Below are positions 1 through 13,816 of a stretch of 64,000 nucleotides of DNA, one piece after another. This DNA is from Enoplolaimus lenunculus. Taxonomy: Eukaryota. The stretch spans positions 62,001 to 126,000 of the forward strand of contig JASANG010003345.1 in NCBI GenBank assembly GCA_030248215.1, written 5' to 3'. The notes under the pieces are model-generated. The model saw nothing but the letters and a program-made list of their open reading frames with translations, did no database searches and was not told the origin of the DNA. A program made the translations under genes and the position numbers. The number at the start of each line of letters is the position of its first letter. The stretch's first letter is position 1.

Positions 1-3000
1 TCGATCCATCAGTTGTTCAAGCTCCTCTTCTGTGGCTTCCTAAATCAACAAAATGCCATCGTTAAATGTAAACATCGAGTTGCATTCTGAAAACTACATA
101 ATTTAGCCCGACATCTATGCAACACAGTAGAGTTTTGAAAAGCAGAGCCAATTCATATAGCCAGTTTGTAAATTTCAACAAGTGACTAACGCTATATCCA
201 AGATTCCAAGGACTGTTAATCAAATACCAACTAATAATCAATCAATATGCACCTTATTGCCTGACCGTAGTTTGCCGTCCATAAACTTCGCTAAAACACA
301 GTTAACAACAATAAAAATTTAACACATAGAATGTTGCTCTTGGAATCAAAATCGTTCTCTGTTCTTAAATAAATTGGGCACTGTACTTAAACCTCACACT
401 TCAAAATAATCGTACCTCTGATTTTGACAGTTTCACAGACTGGTAAAAGCATAATTATGAAAATAATCCCTTATACACAGTTCCGAAAGCTGACAAATCT
501 ACAAACGTTGACTGGTCTAATTAAAGTTTACCACACAGCTCCCGTTAAAAATTACGTCTCCAAAATTACTGTGATAGATGCTGCCTGCGCTTAAAAACCA
601 TACTAGATTTTTAAAATAGTTACCTATCAATTCTGCGGGTTTGTTTACCCGTTGATTAATGAAAAATTCGCACGCATCCTTAACGCCTTGAACAAATTTT
701 TCGTTGCCTGCGTAACAGTCGGATACAATCGCGTCTAAATTTTCTTTTAAATCCAATAGGTCTTGCACCATCGTTTTCTCACGATCGACGTCTGTCACAA
801 TTGTTTTGCCAGTTTTCTATAAACACGCATATGTATCTGAGAAATAATAAAATGGGGTCCTTATTTAAAGCAGAAAAAATTTAGCTCCGTCGCCGTAGAT
901 ACAGACTGAAGTTGGTGATCAGGTTCCAAATTTGTCGGAAAACTCTACTAGAGAAACCAACGCTCAGCTATGGCGAAATTCCAAACTTTTCTTTTTTGGT
1001 TAATTCTCGAGACTGGCTTGTAACACTAGCTTCTAGTTCAACAGCCAAACTGACTGCGCCTACTAAACCGACGCACACCAAACGCCAAGAAAAAATACAG
1101 ACGAAAATATTGTTCGGAAATCAAGCACACAGCATCACCTTACGCAAAAGTCCATAAATTACTATATAAAAAATAGCGAACTACTACAAAATTGCAAGCT
1201 TACGAGAACATACTTTAATGTAGCTAATAAAATGCGACCGTAATTCTGTGAGACCATTTTTGACACGACTGAACATTTGATACATTCGTTTCAAATCATC
1301 CTTTCGATTTAATTCAAGCAGCTGTTCAAGACCTGGAAACAAAATGTAAATATTGCACTTGCACATGTAGATGGACAAAATTTAATAGCCGTCATTTAGT
1401 TAACTCTTAGCGGATTCTGCACTCTAGACAACATACAAATTCCTTATTAAATACAAAACAAAACGTAACCGGTTTTAACCATATATAACATTTAAGTTTT
1501 TCAAAACCAGCTTATTCATTCCTATCTAAGACTCCATAATACAGCATCATGAAAAACTAACCTTTGTCTAATATAGTTGATACATGTTCAGCAATTAGCT
1601 GCTTTTCAACTTTAGTAATCAAGGATTTTCGAGTAGAATAATCAAGATAATGTAACAGCCGATCGTTCTCTTCTAATAGCCTTTTTTCCACCCGAGTCAT
1701 GTATTCAGTTATCTGAAGAAATACCACGTTATTTTTTCACAAATTCTTGATGATTATTATTTTCAAAATAAACAATGTTCAAAATACATTTGCCTTCATC
1801 ACATATAATTACCTACACTACAGCTAAGCCACAGCCAATATTTCAATAGTCATGTACCTCAAGATTAAGCACTAGTGTTCGGCCTTCAAAGGCGTACAAC
1901 TCGTCGGTTGCAGCCAAAAATTTTCTTTCGAATGCCTGTTGGTATATCTGAAATCAAAACACACGAACCAGGTATTTCATTACGATACGTACAGAATCTT
2001 AATGCGAAACTCTATTTTGAAAACAACTCATTGCTGTTGCTGCTATAACCTAATACCAATAACATACGAGCTAAGAAATAAGACAGTAAAATAACGTATA
2101 TTAATAGAGCCCATCGCGATTGTTACACTCATTCATAAACAATGGAGCGAAACATGTGAAGACAAAATACAATGCACACTGTTTATTTAGACTTAAAAAC
2201 GAAAAACTAAATGTGGTTATTAATGTGTTCGAAATTTTCGCTCCAAAATGACCGGTTTTAATAAAAAACGGTATTCCTACTATTTTTCAAAAATTTTCAA
2301 TACCAATACAAAATACAACATTTAAATACCCCAATTCACATACTTACTTCTAAATTCGAAAACATTCTGAGCAAACTTTTCAACAACGACCGATCAACTT
2401 GTTCACCGTTACGTTCACGTGCAATTTCAGACAGAACGGCATCGATCGTTGTTTTCTCAACGTCTGCGTGGTTGACAATAATTGAGCGAAATAGTTCTAA
2501 ACCAAGATCCCTGAAACCAAAAATAAAACATCCAATAGTAATGCAGGTTCGGACACAGGTGGAGCAGCTCCAGTCCATAGGCGGCCGCTGCCGACAATCA
2601 CCCAAAATAATTTCCAGACACCTAATTTGTTAGCGCGAAAACTAAAGCGATAGGTCACACAACACATCTATCATATAAAAATGAAACTTGTTAATGCCCG
2701 GCCTTCTCGAAATAAAATCAGGGGACCGCCAGTGCAGTGCTATCATGTTACAAGCCAGGCAAAATTGTTGATTGGTAATAACCACAGAACAGAGTATAAT
2801 AAAATTAAATTTATGTCAAATATCTGCAACAAACTAACCAAATGGAGAGTACGGCTTTATTTTGAAGCACGTAAGTGCGATCCAAAAATAGAAAAATGCT
2901 TCGGATCATAATCTAGAAACAAAATATTGACGGGGCCTAACCTGGGCGGTTTTTATATACGATTCTTATTTGACTCGCACTAAGCAATCCTATCAGGCTC

Positions 3001-5000
3001 GGTTCCCGTTTCAAACATATGAAAATCACACGAAATCACAATACGGTATTATTTATTTTCCCACGGTTTCCTGTATACAGACAATACACAATATTGTTTA
3101 TTTTCCCAGTGTTAGTCACCATATGCGTATTACGTATATCGTAGCTCATGTTGATAGTTATCTTACATATTTTAACTTGAACCCGGTTGATACGGCGGCC
3201 CCGATTAAGATTCTGAACCCGGAGCGACTCTACTATATATAGATATCTGACCAACATTTATTTACGTATTCATTCAAAAATTTACCTGAATGTTTAAAAG
3301 AGAACACTGTTATTGAATTTTTAAAGTGGTCAGGAATGCGACATACACGTACCATTTGATCACAGTGAGACAACCAACACGCATTCATAACTGTCAAAAT
3401 ATCTTGCTGGCGGGATTCAAATTGCGGGAGACAAGTTCGAATATGCGATTCACACAATGACTTTAAACGGTCATATAAAAGATGTGCTTGATTGTGCGAA
3501 CATAGATTTTCAACAGCCTAAATTAATGTACACGTAAATTACGGCATATATTTCATCTATAAATACTAAATAATATACCATTATGACCATAAAAACATTT
3601 AACAGGCTTAAACCAATTGTTATTTATTAATTTCCTGCAAACTTTCCCTGATAACTAATGAAGTGCAGTTAAGGAGCTACCGATGAAATAATAATGCTAA
3701 AAACAAATATAAAATAACTTGCCTGGTACAGAACTTCAAAACTGCTTTCCACTGGCAGCTTCTTGTGAATAGCACTAACGGCTTCCGCTAGCTTTTGCCA
3801 TGTATTTTCAATGTAATCCGTTGGTAACGCTGGTTTTTCTGAAACATTTACAATTGCGTTCGTATATAACTGTTCTATAAGTCAGCGTATAAAGGGTATC
3901 AACCTTCATACTACTAGCTGGGTTTGACAACATTCTGGTATCGATCAATTTTTTGTCATCGCCGAAAAAAATTAAAATTTTCAAAATAAATTAATTTTGC
4001 TTTTTCCCAATTCGATTGTGTTTTTATAGTTTTTGTGTTTTTTCAGAATATCTTCTCGTAATTATTTCGTAACTATGAAATTTCATAAGTTCACATAAAA
4101 GTTTTATTCATCAGCCATCACATATATACTTCAACAATGCGCCGTACATTGGTTGAATCCATGATTTCTGGTCTCGGTTCAAAATTACCAAGACTCAAAA
4201 AAGCGACACCGAGACATGCCAAATGATGAGACTTGGCGAGACCGAAATCTGCCAAATATCGAGACTTGGCGAGACCGAAATCTGCCAAATATCGAGATTT
4301 GAAGAGACCGAGCCTACCATCCCTGAACAGCAATAATGACCTTTTGTCACAGTGACAGAATTTAAGCACGTAGTAAAAACCAAACGATGTCAAGCAAATT
4401 CAGTTTGCTAGTCTAACCTGTTAAGCCGCGAATGACCAGCTTTCGTACTCGATTATCTTTCGAGTGAACCAATTGATTATTTTTATGCAAACCGTTCTGA
4501 GGACTACAGACCAACGATGAAAAATTTGACTTGATTGTGGTTGCGCCGTTTAGGTTGCTGCCTGCAATTGATGGCGTGACTGATGCAGATTTTGAAGTCC
4601 CAGAAGACGTCGTCGGCGAATTAACATTTAGATCAGGGTCAAACATTTCGATACTGTTGGTAGAAATTTGAGCTGAACTACAACGTTTTGGATGCTGTGG
4701 AGCTGATAAGGTGTTCAAAACCGAATTAGCGTCTATGGTTAGTGTTGATAAACGTGACCGTTTAGAATCTACTACGGGTAGAAGAGATGTTAGGAGCGAT
4801 TTACCATTCTTGGTATGCTCGTCGGTTGTTAATACAGTTGAATTACTATGTAAAACTGGCAAAGTGTCAGAAATGTCGCTACTAACAGCAAAACTTTTTC
4901 TCTTTGGAGCACGACTAGACGACGTAGAGTTGTTGTTTACTGCATTAGTATTGTATTCAATTTTTTTGCCCCCTGCCCTGTCAAGATCGGATTCCGACAT
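1..5000 (-). CDS. cul-4: Cullin-4 (CRL4 E3 ligase scaffold), N-terminal 11 coding exons; gene continues past the left edge
   Basis: Phase-consistent exons 5000-4418, 3838-3723, 3517-3353, 2912-2839, 2510-2348, 1947-1858, 1712-1562, 1332-1214, 816-624, 290-253, 39-1. Spliced peptide contains CUL4 hallmarks [102 protein letters not shown]. In-frame TGA at 5024-5022 supports ATG 5000 as start. Confidence 0.95.
4147..4325. repeat. 33-bp tandem repeat (about 3 copies) in a probable hAT-like MITE remnant, cul-4 intron 1
   Basis: GAGACTTGGCGAGACCGAAATCTGCCAAATATC repeated; segment ends in CATCCCTG. Confidence 0.6.
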
Positions 5001-5419
5001 TACATGCGCAATTGATGGGAATCATTCGGCCGCCTAAAATACTAAATATACATGTAACATACATGGAATATTGGTTGCCTTCGACATAAGTTGGGAGTTG
5101 TTATATATTGACAAAGGCCGAGCCTGGATTTACGAATACAAACCAATATAAATATGCAGCATACGACACAGAGCAAAAATCTGAAGTGATGGTGTACAAG
5201 AAGTAATTTTGCAAGCATGCTCCTTTTTGCCCTATACTACATGCATAAGCAATTCTGCACCGTACAACCTTCACTTACAAAATTTCTGAACGTATGAAAC
5301 ACCATATGGTTAACTAGCTAAGTATTGATTTTGTTATGGAAGATTATGTTTTATAAGTTGCTATTTTTACAATGAAGTCCGTCGCTGCTCAGTCGCTGGT
5401 AAGAAAACAGTTTCTCTGA

Positions 5420-5588
5420 TAATAGGTCATGTAACTTTCGAACCAATGAATGCAGAGGTTCTAAATTTGGCGCATTTATTGCATTCGATTTGCTCTAATC
5501 CTGTCCCAATTTTGAGTTAACTGCATAACTGCAATAGTTTTGAGAGTTTAAAAACCTAAACTGATGATAGTTGTTATACGCATTTGAA
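5420..5588. repeat. Dispersed repeat with an inverted copy at about 17960-18130
   Basis: Shared GTAACTTTCGAACCA.TGAATGC...CAATTTTGAGTT...GTTATAC.CATTTGA. Confidence 0.65.
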
Positions 5589-6303
5589 AATATGCGCCTC
5601 TCTAACAGCTCTACAGTTTCTGAAATGATTTAAAACCAAAAATTTTATATTTTCAAGACGCCGTCAAGGTTGGGTTGCAGACACATGACTAGTCAATCGT
5701 TGACTCAAGTTGACATTTTGAACTTAAGAGAAAAAGAGACTTTTGTTTTACGGGTCGAAATTTTTGTAAAATTGTAATACCCTGAAGGTGCGAACTGTAC
5801 CAATTTAAAGTTTATCATTAGTAGCTCCAAGTTAGCACACGCACTAGCGGAATCACACGGGGGCGGGGGGAGGTCGTACGCCCCCCGTCACAATTATATT
5901 TTGTGTTCAAATGGTAAGGTCTTTACCTTACAATTTGTTCCCCTCAGAAAATTTTTTTGTAAAATAACACATTTTTCCCGCAGAATTTTTTGCGATATAA
6001 AAGTGGACAATTTTTGCACTTCATAACATTTTCCAGCCCGCTCCTAGGCAAAAAATTTTGGATCAGCCTCTGAGCACATACTATAGCAAGCAACTATTGA
6101 TTATTTGGGAATAAAGTCATATTCAAAACCTCCAACTTCAGCACTGAGAAATATAAGTCAAATCTTGACTTTGTTGGAATTTCACTTCAAATTATGTTTT
6201 TGCAATTCAACCAAAGCTTTAAAATTGCAAACGTTTAAACCTGAAAAAGTAATGACTTATATTAATGAAAATTTTTGAAAACTTAAAGCTGAAAAAAGTC
6301 ATA

Positions 6304-6691
6304 CTGTAGTGACCCAAATCAGAGGGAAGGAGTCCGTAATCGGATACTGTCCCTATTAAACCCTAGAGTGCATAATTATCAAATATCCATAATTGTAGTG
6401 CACAATAGCAGGACCTAAAAGTTGAGTTCGAAACTTTAAAGCATACATAAGTTTTGAAAGTACATTCCTAAGTAAGCATATATCACCTTGCATTAGCGCA
6501 TAAATTTTTGATAGAAAACTAAAAACGTTGAATTCAACGGATTAGTAGTTGAAATACAGGATATATATATAAGTAATGAAGGGCGGCAGATGGCTGGTTA
6601 ACAGAAAATAACAGTTCGTAACCGATTAACAGGGAAACCCTCTGGAGAGGCAAAATAAATATCAGTCGCCCTCATATTCGGGTCCTTACAG
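6304..6691. mobile_element. Tc1/mariner-like MITE, family E
   Basis: TA|CTGTAGTGACCC...GGGTCCTTACAG|TA; internal sequence homologous to copies at 16365, 28838 and 56668. Confidence 0.8.
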
Positions 6692-7612
6692 TATATCGGC
6701 AGTCTCTATTTAAACACATCTGAAGTTTTAGAAACTGTTTTGTAGATATAAGAGAAATTGTTCTGCATACGATAAACATTTAATACTGAAAATATTTATA
6801 TATTTCTTCTTAAATGCTTTCTATTGACTGTTTTTGCCATCTTTGAGACAAAGATTCTCAAACATTGTACGGCAAAACAACGTAAAATTTGAAACAAAAC
6901 TGGTAAATTTTGCTGCACGATGAAGAGGAATGTAGCACGCACCTTTATTACTTGACATTTCCTTGAATGCTTGATAAATAATATATTTCTTTGCAACTTT
7001 TTGGTAAAAAGGTGTGGTTTTCAAACTCAGCTGATTTTGCTATTACTTTTTAAATGTAGTTTACAAGACATTTGTTTTACTTTAATATACGTATATTAAA
7101 GTCGCTCTCTATTCTTATTAATACTTTTTAAAAGATAGTATCCAACAATCAGGAGCTTTACACGACTGCCAGAAGAGATACAAGAAACAAACAGTCTATA
7201 ATGTGTATGTCCGCATCAGCAAGGAGACGTGCATGCCCTAGCTGTTATTTTTGCTGCGCTGCCAGTAGGTATTGCCAGCCAGTCTGTTAAATGTCGGCAT
7301 TTTTGGCGCCGCAACGTACCTACCTTGAAAGGCGTTTTAATACGGTAGTTAAAACGAATATCTAATCGTAAGCCTACACCTGAGCATAAGCGTAAACGAT
7401 AAGAAAATGCCTAAGGCTAAGCGAAATTATTAGTCTAGATCAAAGTTGACTCTATACGAGTCAGGCGGAACAACGATGCGCTCGTCAAAACATGGATCCA
7501 TAGTTTTTGTACATGACGACAGGACGTATAGAGAATGAGAAATTTTTGTTCATTAGCACTTTGTTTTTAAGTTACATTATAACGTAAAAGCGTGTTTTCT
7601 GATTGAGATTTC

Positions 7613-7727
7613 GGCCGATGTTACTTTTAAGGCCGATCAGGTTTCTGTTGGGTCTGTAAAAGAGTAAGTTATATTCTAGACTACATATTTAGCTTAGGCT
7701 TATAGGCTTATAGGCTTAGGCTTAATC
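7613..7727. mobile_element. Truncated TTAGGC MITE, family B
   Basis: GGCCGATGTTACTTTTAAGGCCG end followed by TTAGGC repeats; other end missing. Confidence 0.7.
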
Positions 7728-10700
7728 CTCTTCAAATTCATTCAACTAGGTTTAAGTACTCCAGTTAAAGGAGTTACTAAAGAATTTTCTGTATCGTGCG
7801 CAAATAACTCACATACGATACCGCGTAGTGACGGACGGTTATGGACGGCGCCGTACGGGTGACGGACGGTGAAGGACTGTGACGGACGGCGCCACACGAC
7901 AAGCATAGCGCAACCCTTAGCCTAAATAAATTTGCCATAGTATTAAATTCAATACTTTTGTACAGATCCTGTATAAAGTCGCTCCGCCAAGTTTTTGCGG
8001 AGTTGAGCTTAAAATTGAAAAAAACGACTGTGATTGAAAAACCGGGTCTTTTCGGTTATTCCATCCACGGCGTTTAGCCCAAAATAATTGCATTTTGAAA
8101 TATTTTGCACATTTGCGCTTTTTAGTTCTCATGTTTTCAACTGATTTGCCCCCACCCAATTAATTTACGAATTATTGTTGTATTACAGATTTGGCACAAT
8201 TACGTAAGTATGATTGGCAACGCACTAAATCAATTATTAGACCATAACTCGTGACAAAAACTTTATGATCGCGCTAGGTTTTAGGTTTGTAATGTTTTGG
8301 GGGCTTGGTATGATATGTTCCACTGAAGATTTTTGTGTGTATGTGTATAGCCACCATATTTGTTGCTAAATACCCGATCAAACGGCTTTTAACGCGTACA
8401 CGGCCAACATAGTTTTTTGTTCTTTTGTATCAAAGGCGCGTTTTATTTGACATTTTTTTAATTTAAATCATTTTCAAACTCAACTCTCGAAGATAAAATT
8501 TAAAAGTTTAGCAGCCACGTTCTACGTATCTCGAGCCTTCCAAAACTTCGTAAGTATCCTAATCGTTGCCCATTCGCCGACCACACCTTAACACTCCAAC
8601 ACAAAACAACTATAAAAATTGACGAATACGTCTTTCCTTAACCAAGTTTGATTGGGTAATGTTTATGTCCACAGACGTTTGAACCAATAAACGTTTATCT
8701 GTTTAAAAAGTATGACTTTAAGTATGAAACTTAAATGTGCATAAGCAAATTAAGTTCTAAGCAAGCAACCATCTAAACACGGCTTCGATGATGTGAGGTC
8801 GCGAATAAAAATTCACATAAAACGACCGATAAAATAGTAAATTTTACTTTTTAGCGAAGTAACCTTATAGTACAAGCATATTCCTAAAGCCTAAAGTCTA
8901 AACCTAAATACGCCATATTTAAACCTAATTGTCTTAGTTGATGAAAAATTTGAAATAAAAGTTACGGTTCTCAAAGTATATAGGTTTAGTATTAATATAT
9001 AAGATAATTTTGTGTTATTTTTCGAAACTTTTTTGACGTTAATTGTCTCGAGACTGCTTAATATACGTAAACATTGCTCGACAAAACTCTATACCTAGCA
9101 TCAACTGATGCAATTTCTAGCAGTTTATACATACACATGTCATATATTATATGTCATATATATTCAGTGCCAGGGCACGCAAGGGTGGTGGCTCTCCCAA
9201 ACTCCAGGGGGGCTCCTAAACTCGCGAGCGAAGCGAGCGAGAAGCCACTCGCATTTTAAAACTTCGGCGGTTTTCGTTTTAACCGGTTACGGTGGGGGCC
9301 CGTTTATAGGTGGGGGTCCCAAATGGGGATGTGGGGTGGTTGCTCGGGTCTTCTATATAATATATAATATAAAATATTTGTATGCCGAACTGGCGGATCA
9401 AGCCAAGTTTTCTGTCCTTCCACTTAGAATGGTCACTTGATACCTTGGGAGACTTTACTTGACACTACTTGAGAAAATATAAAGTTTTTCCTTTTCGATC
9501 TGGAAATGTAGGTTTTACCAACTTCATACAATGTGATTTGATATATTCCTTGCAAAAGCCTCTATGGTATTAATTTAGTTGCTAAAGGGCTATTGGAGAA
9601 GGGAAAAGCTACTGATGTGAAAAGGCATTTAGAACAGCGAATTGTTATAATGACTTGCTTAAAATAAATTTTCGCCAATTCTCGTACCGCACCGCATATG
9701 CCCCCTTGGTATTTTCTCATAGTTTTCGGCAGACACAATGTGTCACTTATAGCCACCCACCATCATTTGACCAGTCTGCGAAGTTGAGTTGGTAATGAAC
9801 CGATGCGGGCGCATACCCATTTCATTCCTGTATCGAAATTTCAGCTTGGTTCAATTGCACCCCACATGACCTTTTGAATACAATAAATCACTGGAGATCA
9901 AAAATTTAGTTTATGCAATTAGGAGAGAGTTCTGTAGCGATATCTTAGAGAAAGCACCTTATTTGATCCAAGCTGGCGATTGGCCTGAACTGGCGTAAGA
10001 ATATTGTTAAACTTGAAAAAATTGATGTGTTAATATTAGCTATGAACCTGAATGTACGTTATATTTTAATGTTATATTGTATGTTTTCGGCTTTTTTCCA
10101 TTTGTTTGACCGCCGCCGACCGTGCGGTATAGCCATTCGGCATACTTGAGGAACAGTTGAAGCACGCTGTCAAAGGCACGGTAATTATAGCACAGTTCGT
10201 ATGTAAAGCCGTTGTCTTAAAGTGAATAAAGGTAGCGAACATTAGATTACGACGGCGGGTGTCGCCGTTTTGAAAAATGCGTTTATGAGGACAAATAACG
10301 AACGAAACAAAAACCTACAAAAGGTAGTTTATATGCACTGCATTCCAGGTGACCAAAGTTTCAGAATGGTACCGTAGATTTGGCAATTTTAACCAGTGGC
10401 GGATCCAGGATCTCACAATGGGGGGGGCAAAACTTCATAGGTAGTAAACTTATTTTTGACCCACACACAGACCATGAACTATTGCGATAAATTTGACTTC
10501 TTTAAGTTCGTTCAATTGAGATGAATCACAAATAAAACTAACGCATCAACGCAATTTAGATCTAAACAACAGGGGGCAAGATTAAACAATTGAAATAAGC
10601 AACCCAATAATAAACGACTCGGGCCGTTCTTTACCAGGCAACAGTGATTCGTGGTCTTTAAGAGCCTGGTCCAGGGATGGATCCAAAAGGGGGCACACCA

Positions 10701-11743
10701 GTTCTATCAGACAATTTTCAGTGATAAAGGAAGAAGGACACAAGTTTTTCACGTACCACCGAATGGGACTTTTTGCCCCTGCAAAAGTGTCAGAAAACTA
10801 TAAAAGTTGTAAATTTTCTTTTCAATTTTAAACCCCCCCCCACACCAAATAGGTATCACAAGTTTTTTTACTGTTGTACGTACCACCGTAATTGTGTTTA
10901 CGTTTTTGCCGCTGCAAAAGTGTCAGAATAATTTTATGAAAAATTGTGAAAATTTTCTTTTACAAATTTTTAGTTTTGTGATACCAAAGTTATGTTAGAC
11001 TCACTCGCTTCGCCATTGAGGGTCTTTCATAATAGATATTGTGCCCCTCATCTATCACAAACTTGCGGACCTGCCTCCGGACGTGGGCCAAGGTATATAC
11101 ACCCAAAATCCCCTGAAAACATAAGAAACACTGCATGGTCAAAGGTCTTCGACCCACGGACGGATGTGTATCCGTAAATTTTGTGCAGCGAACATAAACC
11201 GTTAGGCGAAATCAGGACAAGTATCGCGGACAGACAAATCCCAACCATCTACAGAAATTGTCGATACAGGCTTTCTATCGACATTTCCTGCCCGACTGGC
11301 ATAAGCGTAAGTCGCTAGATCCCAGGCACCTATCTTCTGTCACATGCAACAATCTATGTCTCTTACACGGTTTTAGGTTAGGCGACACTACGCCGATTGT
11401 TTTAGGCGGTGCTTCTCACGCACCGGACATGCGGTACGCAACAGTCGACCTAAGCCGTTAATGGATCCAGCTCGAGGAAAACGAAATCCAGAGGGCACAA
11501 TCTATGGAACCTACTTATACCTACCGACTGTATTCATGCTGACCGAGAATGCTTACCCCGGTAGCAGCACGTTGTATGTAGAACAATCGTAATAAACCGA
11601 CAGACGACCCTACTTCAGCAGAACCCAATAAAAGTTAAAACGGAACGCGTGTATGACGGTGGAGTATCAAAGAAAATACCTGTAAATAACTGGAGATCGG
11701 CACCGTTTCTCGCTGTTTACTGATGAGCCAAAATGTCAAAGAT

Positions 11744-12257
11744 CCGGAGCGGATATCGGCGAGTCGAGCACCGTTTACTTGGACTGGATATCGGCGAGTC
11801 GAGCACCGTTTGCTTGGACTGGATATCGGCGAGTCGAGCACCGTTTGCTTGGACTGGATATCGGCGAGTCGAGCACCGTTTGCTTGGACTGGATATCGGC
11901 GAGTCGAGCACCGTTTACTTGGACTGGATATCGGCGAGTCGAGCACCGTTTAACCCGGACTGCATATCGACGAGCCCAGCGCCGTTAACCTGGACTGGAT
12001 ATCGTCAAGTCGAGCACCGTTTAACCCGGACTGCATATCGACGAGCCGAGCGCCGTTAACCTGGACGGATATCTGCGAGCCGAACGCCTTGAAACCGGAC
12101 TGCATATCGGTTAGCCGAACGTCTTTATCCCGAATGGATATCGACTAGCCGAGCGCCGTTAATCAATGCAGGATATCGCTTAGCCGATTGCCTTTAACCC
12201 GGACTGGATATGAGCGAGCCGAACGCCTTTAACCTGGACTGGATATGAGCGAGCCGA
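11744..12257. repeat. 35-bp GC-rich minisatellite, about 14 units
   Basis: GGACTGGATATCGGCGAGTCGAGCACCGTTTGCTT, near-perfect on the left and progressively divergent on the right. Confidence 0.95.
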
Positions 12258-12804
12258 GTCTCGATTGGAATTTCAAAGTATGCAAGGATTAACACCCTCA
12301 GAACATTTTATTAACGATTCTAGACAACAGAAAGGCACGCGTTTTACGACTAAAGAACAAGGCAAATATAATTAAAAGAGCATATAACCAAAACATAACT
12401 GCTACACGTATGGTACGTCCTAAAATCCTTCAAGTGATGAAGCATCGGATATTTTTTCACATATCGAGATACACATTTCGTTTCGGATAAATATTCGGAT
12501 ATTTTTCATATCTGAATACCCGAATATCCGGATATCCGGCGGTGCCCATCAATAATAAACAAACACATGTCAATTTAAATTAGTTGTTTGTTTCAGCGCA
12601 GTTTTATAACTTTCGTTTAAATTATTTCACGCTGCTGTTAAAACAAACTACATAATGTGCGACCAGAATATGCAAAAACATTACAAGTTGCAGGGCCGGA
12701 GTAGCCACCCCTCATACCCCCCATAAGTCTTGTAACTTTTAGAACGCGGTATCAATATCGGCCTTATGTAGAGTTGTCACCATTTTCTGAGGCACAGTTT
12801 TTTC

Positions 12805-12998
12805 GGCACATGTAAAGATCGGGGGTGGAACATTTTTCTGTGGGACTACAATAGAGTGAGCTTTGCTTGGCTTAGGCTTAAGCTTAGTCTCAGGCTTAGG
12901 AATATGCTCATTCTTACGCTTAGGCTTAGGCTTAGCCTTAGACTTAGGCTTAAGAATATGTTTATAATACTGTTCCGCCCCTGTTCTTTACATGGGCC
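12805..12998. mobile_element. TTAGGC-core MITE, family A (Merlin-like)
   Basis: About 27-bp TIR GGCACATGTAAAGATC..GGAAC / GTTCCGCCCCTGTTCTTTACATGGGCC; perfect 8-bp TSD GTTTTTTC. Confidence 0.9.
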
Positions 12999-13090
12999 GT
13001 TTTTTCTCACATTATTCTGAAGCAGTTTTTTCAACGTTCTACGTATCCAGGTTTTTCGAGATTGAAATAGTGACTATGCTTAACACGGTT

Positions 13091-13289
13091 GGCCAATGTT
13101 TACTTTAAGGGGCGTAACAGTAGATTTAGTGTATTCCTAAGCCTACGTCTAAGCCTAAGAGTTGCAAAAATGAGTTCCTAAGCCTAAGCCTAAGCCCAAT
13201 CGTCAGCAAAAAAAATGTAATCTAGAATCTAAACCTACTCTTTTATGGACCTACCAGAAACCTGGACGCCCCTTAAAGTAAAATTGGCC
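13091..13289. mobile_element. TTAGGC-core MITE, family B
   Basis: TIR GGCCAATGTTTACTTTAAGGGGCGT / ACGCCCCTTAAAGTAAAATTGGCC; TSD ACACGGTT/ATAAGGTT. Confidence 0.85.
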
Positions 13290-13460
13290 ATAAGGTTTCG
13301 TTGTAAAATCAAAACGGTTGCTGTCTCGGACGACTTCAGTGAGAGAGAATCATCCTAGGACAATATCTCCACTTGCAGAAGTTGTGGAAGTCGAGAAATC
13401 TTCCTATAACACCGGAGCAACTTTCTCTTTGGTTTAGGTTTTGGCTTATACTTGGGTTTG

Positions 13461-13714
13461 CACTGAAAAATTCCATTGAATCGATTTTAACTCAGAATGA
13501 GATTAATCACTCAGTCTAAGTTAGAAATATCACAGCACAGAATTGTGAATAGAATTTAGTCATTCTGAGTTAACCGATCTACTTAAGTACTTGCGAATAA
13601 ATCAACTAAAGAGTGAAAATCAACTGAACTCAGTGTGAGTTAATGTTTACTTTAAATAACTCAGAAATAGCTAACTCGCTAGATGAGTTGATCAATTCAT
13701 TTGATTTTACAGTG
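13461..13714. mobile_element. CACTG-ended MITE with ACTCAG subterminal repeats
   Basis: CACTGAAAAAT...ATTTTACAGTG termini; repeated AACTCA/TGAGTT motifs; related fragment at about 19120-19167. Confidence 0.6.
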
Positions 13715-13816
13715 ATTGCTAATAACTGATAATAGTTTTTTTAGTTAAACAGAAAGCACACAAATTAATATTTGTGGCGTATTATTAAGTCGTTTAATTA
13801 CGTTTGAGATGCCGTC

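Noticed and set aside
4711..5037. 108-aa plus-strand ORF
   Set aside because: Antisense shadow of cul-4 exon 1.
11744..12257. CRISPR-like array or coding ORFs in the 35-bp repeat
   Set aside because: Units are contiguous with no unique spacers and the context is eukaryotic; the ORFs are repeat translations.
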